Origin: Thalia democratica
Taxonomy: Eukaryota
Reading direction: 5' to 3'
Length of the DNA stretch: 64,000 nucleotides
NCBI GenBank assembly: GCA_965202585.1
Contig: OZ241834.1
Span: forward strand, 30,938,001 to 31,002,000
The notes below the pieces were generated by a model. The model searched no databases. It was not told where the DNA came from and saw nothing but the letters and a program-made list of their open reading frames with translations. Shown one piece after another: positions 12,897 through 25,168 of this stretch. Each line of letters begins with the position of its first letter. Within the stretch, counting starts at the first letter, position 1. The translations under genes and the position numbers were made by a program.

Positions 12897-15800
12897 ATGG
12901 TAGTAAGTGCAACTTATGTTGTAAGTGTTTTGTTATTGTTTTTAACAATATTTATTTACACTGTTCTATCAAAAAGAAGAGCAGGAAAAGATGAACCCCC
13001 TATAGTTCCATATATAGTTCCTTTTATTGGTTTGTTTCAAATTTATCTAACAGTTTAGCATATTAAAACTGTTTAAGCAAGTATTTCAGCTAAAACTAGT
13101 ATGCTTTTTAAATTTTTAAACAAAACGTAACAATTGATACCAGCGATGACGTCAGCTGATTACGTCATAAAGGTGCGGAATTAAACTGCTCTATATGCGT
13201 TTATCTCTCATAAATATTTCTAAAAAAAACTGTTTTTGTTGAATGTTTAAAACATCTGTATACTTAAACATGAACCGCAACAACACTCGAGTTAGTTTAA
13301 GTTCAAAGTTAACCCCCCCTCCCCCCCCCCCCTTTAAGCTATGACGTCATCACACTTCGCCCTCGATGTGTAATATATCTTACTAGGGTTTTAGAACACA
13401 TGGCATTACATTTTAACAGTTTTGCAAGATAAGTAATCATCAAGTAAATGTGTGATTAAAAAAAACCAGCCGTAAATAACATAAACTCTAACAGGATCTG
13501 GGCTTGAGTTTAAACGGAACCCTTTTGAGTTTTTAAAGAAATGTCACAAAAAGTACGGAGAAATTTTCACAGTTTATATGGGTCAGTTTATTTTTTTGTT
13601 GAATAAAATTTTCATATTTTGTTAATATAAATTACCTTATTGAATTAAAAAAACATATAAACTTAGTTTTCTTGCTGGAACTAAGTACAAAAACTCCACA
13701 GGGGGCCAATACTTTCACTTTTTGGCCGATCCCTTCAGCTTTCAGGCGGTTGCTAAGGAGAGCAATAAGTTGTGCTTCAGAAAGTTCACCATAAAACCCT
13801 TGAAAAAGATATTCGACATAAACAGAATACTCAAAAGTGAGAGGAGCTCTCACCCAGCAAACAAGCACTTGCAGGTTAAAATTCAATGTATGTAAAGTTT
13901 CAACTACTTGTTAGGTTTCAAATACCACCTAAACTTCAGAACAAAGCTACTGTACTAAACCTAATACATGTCAGTGTAAGGATATGCTTAAAGTTCCTAC
14001 CCGAGGTCAATTCACACCAACTTTTTTTCTTTATTTTTTATTTGTTCATTGATATTGTTTTTATTTATTACTTTCACTGTTACCCCTAACCCTTACCCTT
14101 GGTCGGCATGCAGTTCTCGGATTTGACCGGGTGGAAACTGATCGCGGGTTGGAACTGAGCGGTTTCTGTGTGCAAGCACAGTTACAAAAGTAGCATAAAA
14201 CCTTCCTGATTCTAAAGTAAACATAAGGATAACAAAAGTGGTAATTTTGGCAGCTGTGAATGTTGTATGTTGTATGTAAAAACAACTTTTAAAAAAGTTG
14301 TCATAGTACAAAACCGAGCTCTGTACTGGAAAGGAGCAAACAAATGAAAACAATGAGACAACTTAAGACTTAGAGCTTATAACTTGATGTAACCTAAACG
14401 TGTGCGTGATTTTTAAGCAGTCTTTACATTACTACACTAGCTCGTAATAACGCACGTTTTAGCCATATCATTTTATCATTGCAAATTAAAACAAAACATT
14501 TTGAATTTCATCTTGCGAAGCATTTCAAAACACGCTGTAGGAATTAAACTAGCGAAAAATTTAGTTTAGTAAAATTTGAACGCTTATGGTTGACTAATTG
14601 AATGGTTATTTTTTAATATTTGATTTTAAAAAAATGAGCAAAAGTATATTTACAACTAAAAGAACAGCTCGATAGATGATTTGAAAACTCGATTAATATC
14701 TTTGGTAAGCTTGAAACTTGAAAAAAAACTTCTACAATATTTTACTCAGGGAGCAAACTTAGAAGAATTACAGCAACAAATGATGGAAACTTTAAAAGAA
14801 ACATTAGAAAGAGAAGTATCAGAAAATTGGGTAGAAGATGGCTTGTTTGAAATGTTATTTAGAATAATGTTTTTTGCTCAAATTGATGTTATGTGAGTTT
14901 GTTATGATACTTAGTAAATTTTGTGTACAAAAATAGTTATGACTTTATAAGTTAATCGTAATATAAAAAAGGTTTGTTTATTAACTTTTTATACAAGATA
15001 ACGTTACAAATCTTTAAGTTTTTAAGATACACGGAAGACCTGGAACATTTTTGAAAAATAAAGTTGTTTGTTTGTTTATTTAAACTAGTGATTGTTCTAC
15101 TAACGACGTTCACTTAAAAATTTGAAATTTAAAGATCATGTGTTTTTTAAAGAATTTAACCTAAGAAAACATTGTTAGTAAAATAAAACTGCATTTACAA
15201 AACATTTTTTTATAAAATCTTACCATAACAAGTTTATAATTATTGTTTAATTATAAAATTGCCGCTACAGGTTCGGAAGATCAACATGCAGTGAAAACAA
15301 GGACGAGTTAGTGAAAGATTTTAAGATTTTCGATAAATATTTCCCACTCCTTGCAAAGGGCTATCCCCACTCAGCATGCAAAGTGAGTTGCCTTTAAACT
15401 CTGTATTTAAAGACAAAAAAAAACAGCTTAGAGTTTCTACAACAATACAAATATCCAACAAGTTTTAAATTTATGACTTATTAGCTTTTTAAGTCTTTAT
15501 TTAAAGTTTGAAATAAACTTGCGAAGCGTAAATTGTCATGGCATCGCTGGTGTCAAACAAAAGCTTTAGTTCTTATTTTTTACTATCATACCGGCAACGC
15601 TTCGCAAAAGCGTGTTTTACTTTGAACCAAAAATAAAAATCGTTTCCAGGGGTTCTTGGAAGCCAGGGAGCGTTGCTGGGAGTTTCTGGAGCTGAAAAAA
15701 GTAGAGAAGAGGGTTGGAACGTCGAAGTTGGTGGAGGAAATCGTCCTGAACAGGACGGGTCGCGGGGGAAGCGAGTCAGACGCGACCAAGGACGTGTTTT

Positions 15801-17519
15801 CACTTTTGTGGGCCGCAGCAGTTAGTTTGTTTATTTATAGTTTCATTGTTTGTTTTATTTTGCTTTTTTCTGACTGATTTATTGAGTTCAAAGGAGAATC
15901 TGGATTGTTTTTTTCCATTCAGTAATGAACGTATCTGTCGAATGTCCACAAAGTTTTTCAGATAACTTTTCAGGCTGCAGTTTTTGCTTGTACGAAACGA
16001 GTGTAGCATCTGAGTAACAAAAATAACAAAATCTTTATAATACTAGTTTTGTATTAAACTAATCTGTCTTACTTTTAAAACACGAATAAAGCTATGTTAA
16101 GCTTAAAAAAAGTATTTCTGAAAACATTATAAAAATAAAATCAAGTAATATTACTATATAAAATGTAAGTTGTACATAGAACTGTATTTTCAGTAAAATA
16201 AAACGTTCCTCTCAGTTTAACATATGTTTATGACTGATCAGCTATTTTTGTTATAACCAAATAAAAAAGACAAAAATTACTCAGGGTAACACAAACACAG
16301 CAGTATTTTGGTCTGTATTCTACATGATTTCACACGAAAACGCTTTGAAAAGTGCAAAACAAGAAATAGAAAGGATGATAAGCAAATACAATAAAACTGA
16401 TTTGAAATTTACACGCGAAGAATTAGACGAAATGACCGTTTTAAGTTGGTTTAGATTTACAATAAAAATACAATTACAATTTTATTATATTATCAAATAA
16501 CAAAGCTGTAATTAGTATTTTTGTACTAGTTTTTAAAGTTTATAAGAAATATTTAAAACATTAAAAAGTTCATATACAGATGTTAAAAACTCTGACAATT
16601 AGATTTATAGTTATACACACTTAAGAATAAATTATTTTATTCATAAACTTTCCAGACAGTATTTGTAATGAAGCGATGAGATTAACTGTAAGTTCTTTTG
16701 CTCCAAGGCAAGCAATTGAATCTACAAGAATTAAAATTGCTTCTACTGGCGAAACTAAAAGGTAAACTGTTAAATAGATGAATAATTGATTAAAACTTAT
16801 ATAGTATTTCAATACATTTTTAATCTAACATGTTTGTTTTACAAAGGGCTAAGTCAATTATCGATTTTAACAACTAGTACTAAATATCAAGAATTCACTT
16901 TAACTTTCTTTTTAGAATACGCACGGACGATATGATAATGCTGGCATTCAAACTGCTTTACTTTGACGAAGAAGTTTATCAGCAGCCTGAAAGTTTCCAG
17001 TTTGACCGCTTTTTGAACAAAGACGGCAGCGAAAAGTCGAACTTTTACAAGGGAGGCAGAAGGCTTCAGAGATATTTGCAACCGTTTGGCATGGGACCGA
17101 GGTAAATAATTTGAAAACAAAATAAATAAAGATTACACATACCTGTGAATAGCTGAAAGTAGTTGTTTTACGTGCTTCATGGTTGTTAAAAAATCAACTT
17201 TTATAAAAGTTTTTATTCCTGTTTATGAAATTAAAACTAAAAGCTTAAATTGCAATAGCTACAACTTACTTTAACTTATTTTTCTGCTACACAAAAGTTT
17301 TAAGTTCCAACCATTTTCAGCAAGTGCCCTGGAAGGTTCTGGGCGATGACTGAACTGAAGCAAGTGATCATTCTTTTTATCACAAAGAACGATTTCAAAC
17401 TTGTCACGCCTTCACAGGAGATTTTTCCGGAGCAAGATCGCTTGGGAGTTTTGACTCCGAACAAGGACCCTGTTATCCGGTATCGCAAGAAAACAGGAGT
17501 GATTGAAGCATCCCTATAG
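12897..17519 (+). CDS. Cytochrome P450, CYP7/CYP8-like (clan 7), copy A, 489 aa, 10 exons
   Basis: Exons 12897-13029, 13495-13581, 13702-13874, 14750-14892, 15271-15382, 15650-15820, 16285-16444, 16656-16761, 16916-17101, 17321-17519 total 1470 nt and are open. Features: N-terminal TM anchor, EPP..P hinge, I-helix LWAAAGNTNTAVFW, K-helix EAMR, FQFDRFL meander, FYKGGRRL insert typical of CYP7/8, and heme motif PFGMGPSKCPGRFWA. Confidence 0.93.
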
Positions 17520-18131
17520 TGTGTACAATGAACTTGAACAGATTGAGTTTAAAATTGCTGTTGTTTATTGTTTAAACTTCAAGTTATCGTCAGTTTAAAC
17601 AAAAAAAGGTTTTCTAAATCTGTTTTACAATTTATGATCTTTTTGGCTAAAGTTTAAATGTTTAAAACACAATCATTTAATTTATTGTGCTTCTATTCCT
17701 AGAATAAATTATATTGCAGTTTTTAACAAAAAACATTTATTAAATTTTTTTTTGAACATGTCTTAAATTTATTTAAGCAAGCATGGAACCTTATTTTTAA
17801 CTAATTAGCAATAGGGTTTGAGAAATATGTTAGTATATTTTCAAAAACTTTCAAAAAAAAAAGAGTTTTAAAGACTTAGTTTGCGATAAAGTTACTATTT
17901 AATGAGTATATATGATAAATTAAGTATATGCTTAAAACAGTTTTAACACGGAAATAAATTCAAAATGAAGACTTATATATTTAGAATAATTTATTACAAA
18001 ATTTACACTTACTCCTTTTCACCTTTCAACGAATTTTCAAACTGTGATTTTTATATATAATGTATTTTCAAACCATAAAAAAATACCAAGTTTTTAATTT
18101 TTCTTATTGAAAAGTATTTGAGTTTTTTTAA

Positions 18132-18251
18132 ACAAAAGGGTTGATCATACCAATTCGATCATCAGACTACAAGCTACAGTAGACTGAAACCGGTCTCAGT
18201 CTACTGAAGCTTGTGGTATGATGATCGAATTGGTATGATCAACCCTTTTGT
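18132..18251. mobile_element. 120-bp near-perfect palindrome; probable MITE with 3-bp TAA target duplication (PIF/Harbinger/Tourist-like)
   Basis: The left arm acaaaagggttgatcataccaattcgatcatc... is the reverse complement of the right arm, with about 4 mismatches and essentially no loop (centre 18191/18192). TAA lies at 18129-18131 and 18252-18254. Confidence 0.65.
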
Positions 18252-18934
18252 TAATCTTGTGCTTGTCTCACGGCATACAAAAGTCCAGGCTTGTGCTTTG
18301 CAGACTTTTGCCGATGTTTTTGTTAATCGAATTTTTAAAGAGTATCATTTTAAAAACATTTAAACTAATTACAAACATAATTACTACTCTACTAAAGGTA
18401 CCAATACCAACTTAACACTAATCAAAATATTTTATTCACGTGCTTAGTTAAACTACGTATATTTCACAAACGATATGTTGCTGCAGTATTAAACTATTTC
18501 AAGACTGAAATAAAAAGTGTTTATATTTTAACGATTCGATGAATATTTATTTAATAAACAATTATAAAAGTTGTTTTAAAAGATTTCTTTTTTATTATAA
18601 AAAGTTGTAACAACAATTTTAATAACCTTATTTTGTGTAATTGTTGTAAAAACTTTATTTCATCTACTGCATGACTACAGCAAAAACTTTTAGTCGATTA
18701 TAAAAAATACCTCTATGTTTTTGTAAAACAAGAACTACTGCATAGAAAAGGTAATTTAGCTATTAAATTTTCTCTATACATTTAGTTGGTTGTTAAGTAC
18801 TAGTGATAAGCTAAAACACTAATTTAGATAACTATAACTTGTTATAAAGTTTAAAAGTTATTTCTCTATAGCTAGAATTGATAAAATAACATTATGAGGA
18901 ATATAATTTAAATAATTGATGTGTAATAAATAAT

Positions 18935-19228
18935 TTGATTATAATATCCAATAATGGGATTTTGTTTCCACATTACCCATAAGTGAATTTTATATATTTG
19001 TTTAGTTTGTTTAACTTTTTGTGGAAGTTTTAAAATAAGACATCTTATCAAAAATACAGAATATGTCATCCACATATCGGAGGTATAGCACTGGATTGTT
19101 TTCATCTTCGCTATTGAACAGAGTTTTTCTAATGTTTCCATAAAATAATTAGCTATACTGAGAGCTAACGGGTTTCCCATACTTACAACATCAATTTGGA
19201 TGAATAATTTATTATAACACTTAAACAA
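18935..19228 (-). mobile_element. Penelope-like element reverse-transcriptase fragment (degenerate)
   Basis: Frameshifted motifs FIQIDVVSMGNPLALSIANYFME, NPVLYLRYVDDIFCIF and KKLNKLNKYIKFT..KIPLLDI match PLE-type RT motifs. Confidence 0.8.
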
Positions 19229-19901
19229 GTCTCCAGTAAAACAAATGTTTACTAAGTGTGCAGTATAATTTGTAAAAAAAAATTCAAGTGTTAAAAAACG
19301 ACTATTAAAAAAACTATAAATAAGTTTTCAGTGAAGTTTCTTTTAAATTTGTTTATTTTTTACAAGTTAAAAAACAATTTAAAAGTTGGTTACTGTGCTC
19401 ATTGCTTCGTGCATGGAACACATTGTAAATTAGTAAATTCTAAATATATAGTTAACTTGGTGTTGCTTAAAAAAATACTTGTTTTAACTTTATAATTTTA
19501 CGAGTAAAGCAGCATTGTACTCATTTGTTGTTTAGTTTTCTAAAAAAATCTAATTTCTTAAAATTAATGCGAAGTTAAAAATATTATAAATTATTACAAG
19601 TTGAAAAAAAAAAATTAGTCTATATAAACTTTAGATAAAGTAAATAAAAAAGCAATTTAAGGTAGTACAATCAAAACTGTAATACATACATACTTTTTTA
19701 GAGTATTCAAGCAAATTTATGTTAGCATGAAAAAAGACTTTGCAATAAGATTTCAAGTAATATTTTCAAACTCAAAAAGTTTAAAGTAAAAAAATAATCT
19801 AAAAAATAATTTCTTACTTAAAAATTTCAGAAAAGCTTTTTCTAAGCTATAAAAACTTGGAGCTATAAACAAAAATATAAGAAAATCAATTAAAGATCAA
19901 T

Positions 19902-22900
19902 TCACACAAAGTCATCATATATACTATCGGGTGTTATTTTGAACTCTTCTGTTTTCTTACGATACCGAATGACAGGGTCTTTGTTCGGAGACAGAGCTCC
20001 CATCATGAAGCGATCTTCTTTCGGAAAAATTTCTTGTGAAGGCGTGACAAGTTCGAAATCGATCTTTGTGATAAAAAGAATGATTGCTTGCTTTAATTCA
20101 GTCATCGCCCAAAGTCTTCCAGGACATTTGCTGAAAATAGTAAAAATAAAAAATAAAAACTACGTTAACAGACGTATTATTTGGAGTTAATTCTGGCTTT
20201 TACAAAGTATAGTGTTTTATAGTTTATTACAAATATATTTAGCAGACTTCCAACTTAAACTCTTAAAAATTTTAACTTCTTATTATACCATAAAACTCCT
20301 ATAGTGTGTCAGTTTTGTTAATAAAAACTTTTAGCGGGCCACTTACTGTGAGAAATTGTATTAGAAAACTAAGTATAAATTATTTAAATGTAAAATTGCA
20401 ATCAATTAATTACTAAAAGATACTAATGTTTAATAAAAACAGAGTTTTGACAATGTTAAAAAAATTTTTTTTTTGAAAAGAAGACTTATTTAAATGGTTT
20501 GCCTAAAATATATTTAACTAAAAATACTCGTGGGTCGGATCTGGCCCGTGGGCCGTACGTTATCTTATCTTTTAGTATAATACTTAAAACGCTTAAAGTT
20601 TTTATATTCTAACTTAAAAATTCTTGCAAAACTTTATTGGAAAAATAAATAATTGATGCCTTATAAAAAATATATTTTTAAGGGTAAAATCTTTATTAAT
20701 ACAAGTGATAAGCTGAAGTATTTAAACATTAGTTTTTTTTAGTTTACAAACTTTGCAGGTTAAGTATACTTAACTATTGTTTATACTAAAAAAGATTTAA
20801 AAGTCTTTCGAAGAAAAGTCTTTCGTAGAACTAGTTTTAGGAAAGTCTTTCTAGAAAAGTCTTTCGTAGAACTAGTTTTAGGAATAGAGGTTAAAGTTAT
20901 GCGAATTGAAACAAAACAAGCAAAGTTGTTTATTTTAAAACAACAAGAGCTTTTTTTGTATAAAAGTTATGTTTAAAATGTAAAAACTATTTTTAAATTT
21001 GAAGTTACCTTGCTCCCATGCCAAACGGTTGCAAATACTGCTGAAGCTTTCTGCCTGCCTTGTAAAAGTTTGTCTTTTCGCTGCCGTCTATGCGCAGGAA
21101 GCGATCAAACTGAAAGTTGTCAGGCTGATGAAAAACTTCCTCGTCAAAATGAAGCATTTTAAACGCCACCATCACCATATCTCCTTTGCGTATTCTAAAA
21201 AATAGGTTTTAAAAAAAATAAAACTAAAAATTTTATTAAGTTCAGACTCTTGAGATTCAATTAAATTGTATAAGTCCGAGAGAAAAATAAATTTAAGGAA
21301 AAGTATATTGATTTTTATTAAAAGTGTTCAATGACAAACCTTTTAACTTCACCAGTAGATGAAATTTTCAGGTTAATAGATTCTATTGCTTGCCTTGGAG
21401 AGGAAGAACTTACAGTTAATCTCATAGCTTCATTGCAGATACTATCTAAATGAATAACACATAGATTTTATTTTAATTTGTATGTTAAAAATAACCAAAG
21501 TATTTTTATTTTTTTGGATTTACAGTTTTTAAGATAAACAGCCTAAAACTTAAAAGAATTTTAAGTTGTAATTAGATATTCAAAAGTACAAACAACTTTA
21601 AATTGCACTTTAAATTGTAAGTTAACCAACTTAAAACGGTCATTTCGTCTAAGTCTTCGCGTGTAAATTTCAAATCTGATTTATTGTATTTGCTTATCAT
21701 CCTTTCTATTTCCTGTTTCGCACTTTTCAAAGCGTTTTCATGTGAAATCATGTATAATATAGACCAGAAGACTGCTGTGTTTGTGTTAGCCTGAAGGTGT
21801 AACCTTGTATTAATAAAAAAACATAGATCTGTGCTGACTAAAAAAGTTAAAAAAAATGTATTGATTTTATTGTGCTCATTGGTAAGTGTAGTTGTGTTTT
21901 TTTTTTGTATGAACTTATGTATAGGTGTCAAAAACGCACGAGCGTCTTTTTTTTTGCACAAAGCAACACTTTTGCACTTGATTTAACAAAAATTTCCATT
22001 TTTATAATAAGTTATTTTTATTTGTTGGAAAACAACGTTTTAAAGAAAAAACGCTTTAAGTTATTAAACATATTAATTAGAACATTTTAAGCTCGTGCAA
22101 AACTGAATCCGTACATTTGTGACCCTTTCTCAAATTTATACCTAAATTTTAAACACTTTAACCACTACTATATAAACTTACTTATATATTATTTAGTATG
22201 TTATACTCTTTAAGACCTACTAAAAACTTGAAGTTAACAAAAGAAAGTTTGTAAGTAAGTAACAAATACTTCAACCACTACTGACGACTGCGGCCCACAA
22301 GAGAGAAAACACGTCCTTGGTCGCGTCTAAGTCGCTGCCCCCGTCACTGGTCCTGTTCATAATCGTTTCTTCGATCAACTCCGCCGTTCCTATTCTTTTC
22401 TCTATTTCTTTCACTTTCAGAATGTCCCAGCACTGATTCCTGGCCTCCAGAAAGCCCTTTAAAATGTTTGTTATTGTTAGAGTAAATAATCAAGTTGTGC
22501 TGTTATAAAGTGTTTATTGTATACAACCAATAAAGTTAAAATTAATTATCATGTGTTATGTTTGCTTATATTTTAATCTTTCTAACTTAAAAAAAAAAAA
22601 AAGATACTTTGCACGCTGAATATGGGTACCCTTGAGCGAGGAGTGGAAAGTGCTCATCGAAAAGTTGAAAGTTTTTCATCAGTTTGTTTTTATTTTCACT
22701 ATCTGCCGATCTGCCGCACCTGTAGTAAAGTTTTTATATATTAAAATTACTTTACATGTGATAGATATCACAAAACAACTGTTTTTGCGTTAAGCTTTAT
22801 TTTACTGGTGTTTCCGTGGATTAATTAAATCAATATCAGAAAAGTATTAGTTGAAATTGAAAAGAGAATTCATTATATAAACTTTTAAAAAATAGCTTTA

Positions 22901-25168
22901 ACTTTTAGAAGTTTGTCAACCGTTCTCTGAGTTTTATAATTTAGAAAACTCAAAAAGTAGCGCTGATAGATTAATAGTATTCAAATAAAAAATAATGTAA
23001 GATTGTTTTTTAAAGTTTTCTTAAACTATATTGTTAGATTAAGTAGTTTTACTATAAAAAGCAAATAAAATTGTTTAGGTATTCATTTTTGTGAAGTATG
23101 TCTACAAAATACAGTTTTTACAAACATTTGTTAATGTATTTACAAAATTTGGTTCAGTTTATATTCGTGATGTTTTATTGAGAATTTCATTTTTTTTTAA
23201 CAATTTTATACACTGGTTAACAATATTGTACGAAATTAAACTAAACTTACAAAATATCAACTTCAGCGAAAAACATTATTTTGAATAATAAATTAAACAG
23301 GCCGTCTTTATTCCAATCTTCCGACACTTCTCTTTCTAATGTTCTTTTCAGCGTTTCCATCATTCTTTGTTGGAACTTTTCTAAGTTTCTCCCCTTTGTA
23401 AATACTTTTTAGAAAGATGTTTTATCTGAATAAGTATACTTTTTGTTTTAATATATAATCAAGTATTGGCTAACTCTTGAATAATTATACGTTTTTTGTC
23501 TTTTAGTAAATAAAACTAACGAAATATTTTATTTAGCTTTTGGAGTTAAGTCTTAATATATAAGAGCGATTAAAAATGTGTTCTGTTTTAGTTTAGTATC
23601 AAAGTATAATGCAGCACTTATTCTAAATATTTTCAATGGCCACGCCTTGCACAGTAATTTACTGGGTAATATAATATGTGCACACTTCCAGACTATAAAC
23701 AGTTTAAGTTGTTTAAAAGTTGCGTTTTTAGTACTGGGGTACTTTATGTAGTAACAGAATTTAATTTGTGTTGGTTTTAGCTTGTTTCTATAAACAAGAT
23801 AATATGTGTACATTTCAATAAGTATTTTAAACCTTAATAAGTTTTCTGTGTACAGAAAAATAGCTGCTACTGTGCACAGGTGCACACCGTTAGAAATATA
23901 ATAAAAAAATCGTCCTACTTTACTAACTCTTTATTTGTTATAGTTTGAACAAATGTTTATAAACCTTCGATTATAAGTGCAAACTTAAGTTCTACACCAT
24001 TAAAGTATAAATAAAAACATACATAAGCAGCAGTTGTATATCAAGATTAAAAACTTAACAAAAGAACATTAAAACTAATCCATAGTAAAAAAACAGAAAA
24101 AAACAAACATTATTTTCAACCTGCAAATGTTTGTTAAACCCTCCATGGTTCGTAGCCACGTTTCCGCTTCTTCGTACAATATCGAATATATTTTTCGTGG
24201 GGCCGGTCGTGAACTTCCTGAAGCACAACTTTTTTCGTTCCTTAGCAACCGTCGGAAAGCTGAATGGGTCAACCAAAAAATGAAAGTACCGACCTCCTAA
24301 CAAACAATGTACAGTTATAATTGTTCAATATCTTAATGTCGACCTCTTTAAAAATGTTATGAAATTGAAGCTGTTTTTGTTTTTTAATGTAGAGTATCAG
24401 ATTTTTTTGAAGAAATAGAAAACAAATTTGAACATAAACTTATAAATTATTCCAAAAATTAATCAAAATAACTTGAAATATACAGCTATAATTGTTTTTT
24501 TAAATTAATTTATAAGACTTTTTAAATAAATAACTAACTTCTCATAAAAGTTGAACTAAAAGAATCAACTCATAATTAAATTTTAAACTAACCCATGTAT
24601 AATGTAAATATTTCTCCATACTTTTTGTGACACTTCTTTAAAAACTCATAAGAGTTTCGTTTAAACTCAAGCCCAGATCCTTTTGAAATATTTTTTTTTT
24701 AAGATCGATTTTAAAAAATAACTCCTATTCAAAAAAATAAAAAATGATTATTTTTAAGAAGTAAGCTTTGTTAGATTATTTTATGTCTCCTTACTCGGTA
24801 ATAAGATATACTATTTATCCTTAAGTTTCCTCTACATACTTTAAATACTTCAACAATATGAATTTTAATGTTTATATCAAGTCTTTTATATTTCAAACAT
24901 TTTACAATTATATTTTCAAGACAGTGTTTAACTCAAAAAGAGATCATCACTTAATAAGATATCTTATTCAAATATTTATGAATTCTGATATTTTGGATTT
25001 TACTAACTATTTGATTTAAAACACTTAAAACAAACCTATATAAGGAATTATGTACGGGACAATAGGGGGTTCATCTTTTCCAGCTCTTCTTTTCAGTAGA
25101 ACGGAATAAATAAATAATGTTACAAACAATAACAAAACACTTACAACATAAGTTGTACTTAATATCAT
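19902..25168 (-). CDS. Cytochrome P450, CYP7/CYP8-like (clan 7), copy B, 500 aa, 10 exons; inverted paralog of copy A
   Basis: Exons 25168-25036, 24679-24593, 24296-24121, 23393-23251, 22719-22608, 22456-22286, 21790-21631, 21445-21340, 21194-21009, 20130-19902 total 1503 nt and are open, with the same intron phases as copy A. I-helix LWAAVANTNTAVFW, EAMR, heme motif PFGMGASKCPGRLWA. Confidence 0.93.
20801..20883 (+). repeat. Two tandem copies of a ~41-bp unit in CYP-B intron 9
   Basis: aaagtctttc..gaaaagtctttcgtagaactagttttagg occurs twice. Only one core copy is present at the paralogous site (~7100-7130). Confidence 0.8.
21924..22110. repeat. Decayed short relative of the cacttttgcacg sub-repeat element in CYP-B intron 6
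   Basis: ggtgtcaaaaacgcacg..ttttgcacaaagcaacacttttgcac on the left and cgtgcaaaa on the right. No matching TSD. Confidence 0.45.

Noticed and set aside
13632-13886. Minus-strand 84-aa ORF as an antisense gene
   Set aside because: It is the antisense shadow of CYP-A exon 3 (13702-13874, plus strand).
15519-15607. 11-bp inverted repeat ttgcgaagcgt/acgcttcgcaa in CYP-A intron 5
   Set aside because: It is too short and has no TSD. It is probably a tiny repeat remnant and cannot be supported as a functional element.
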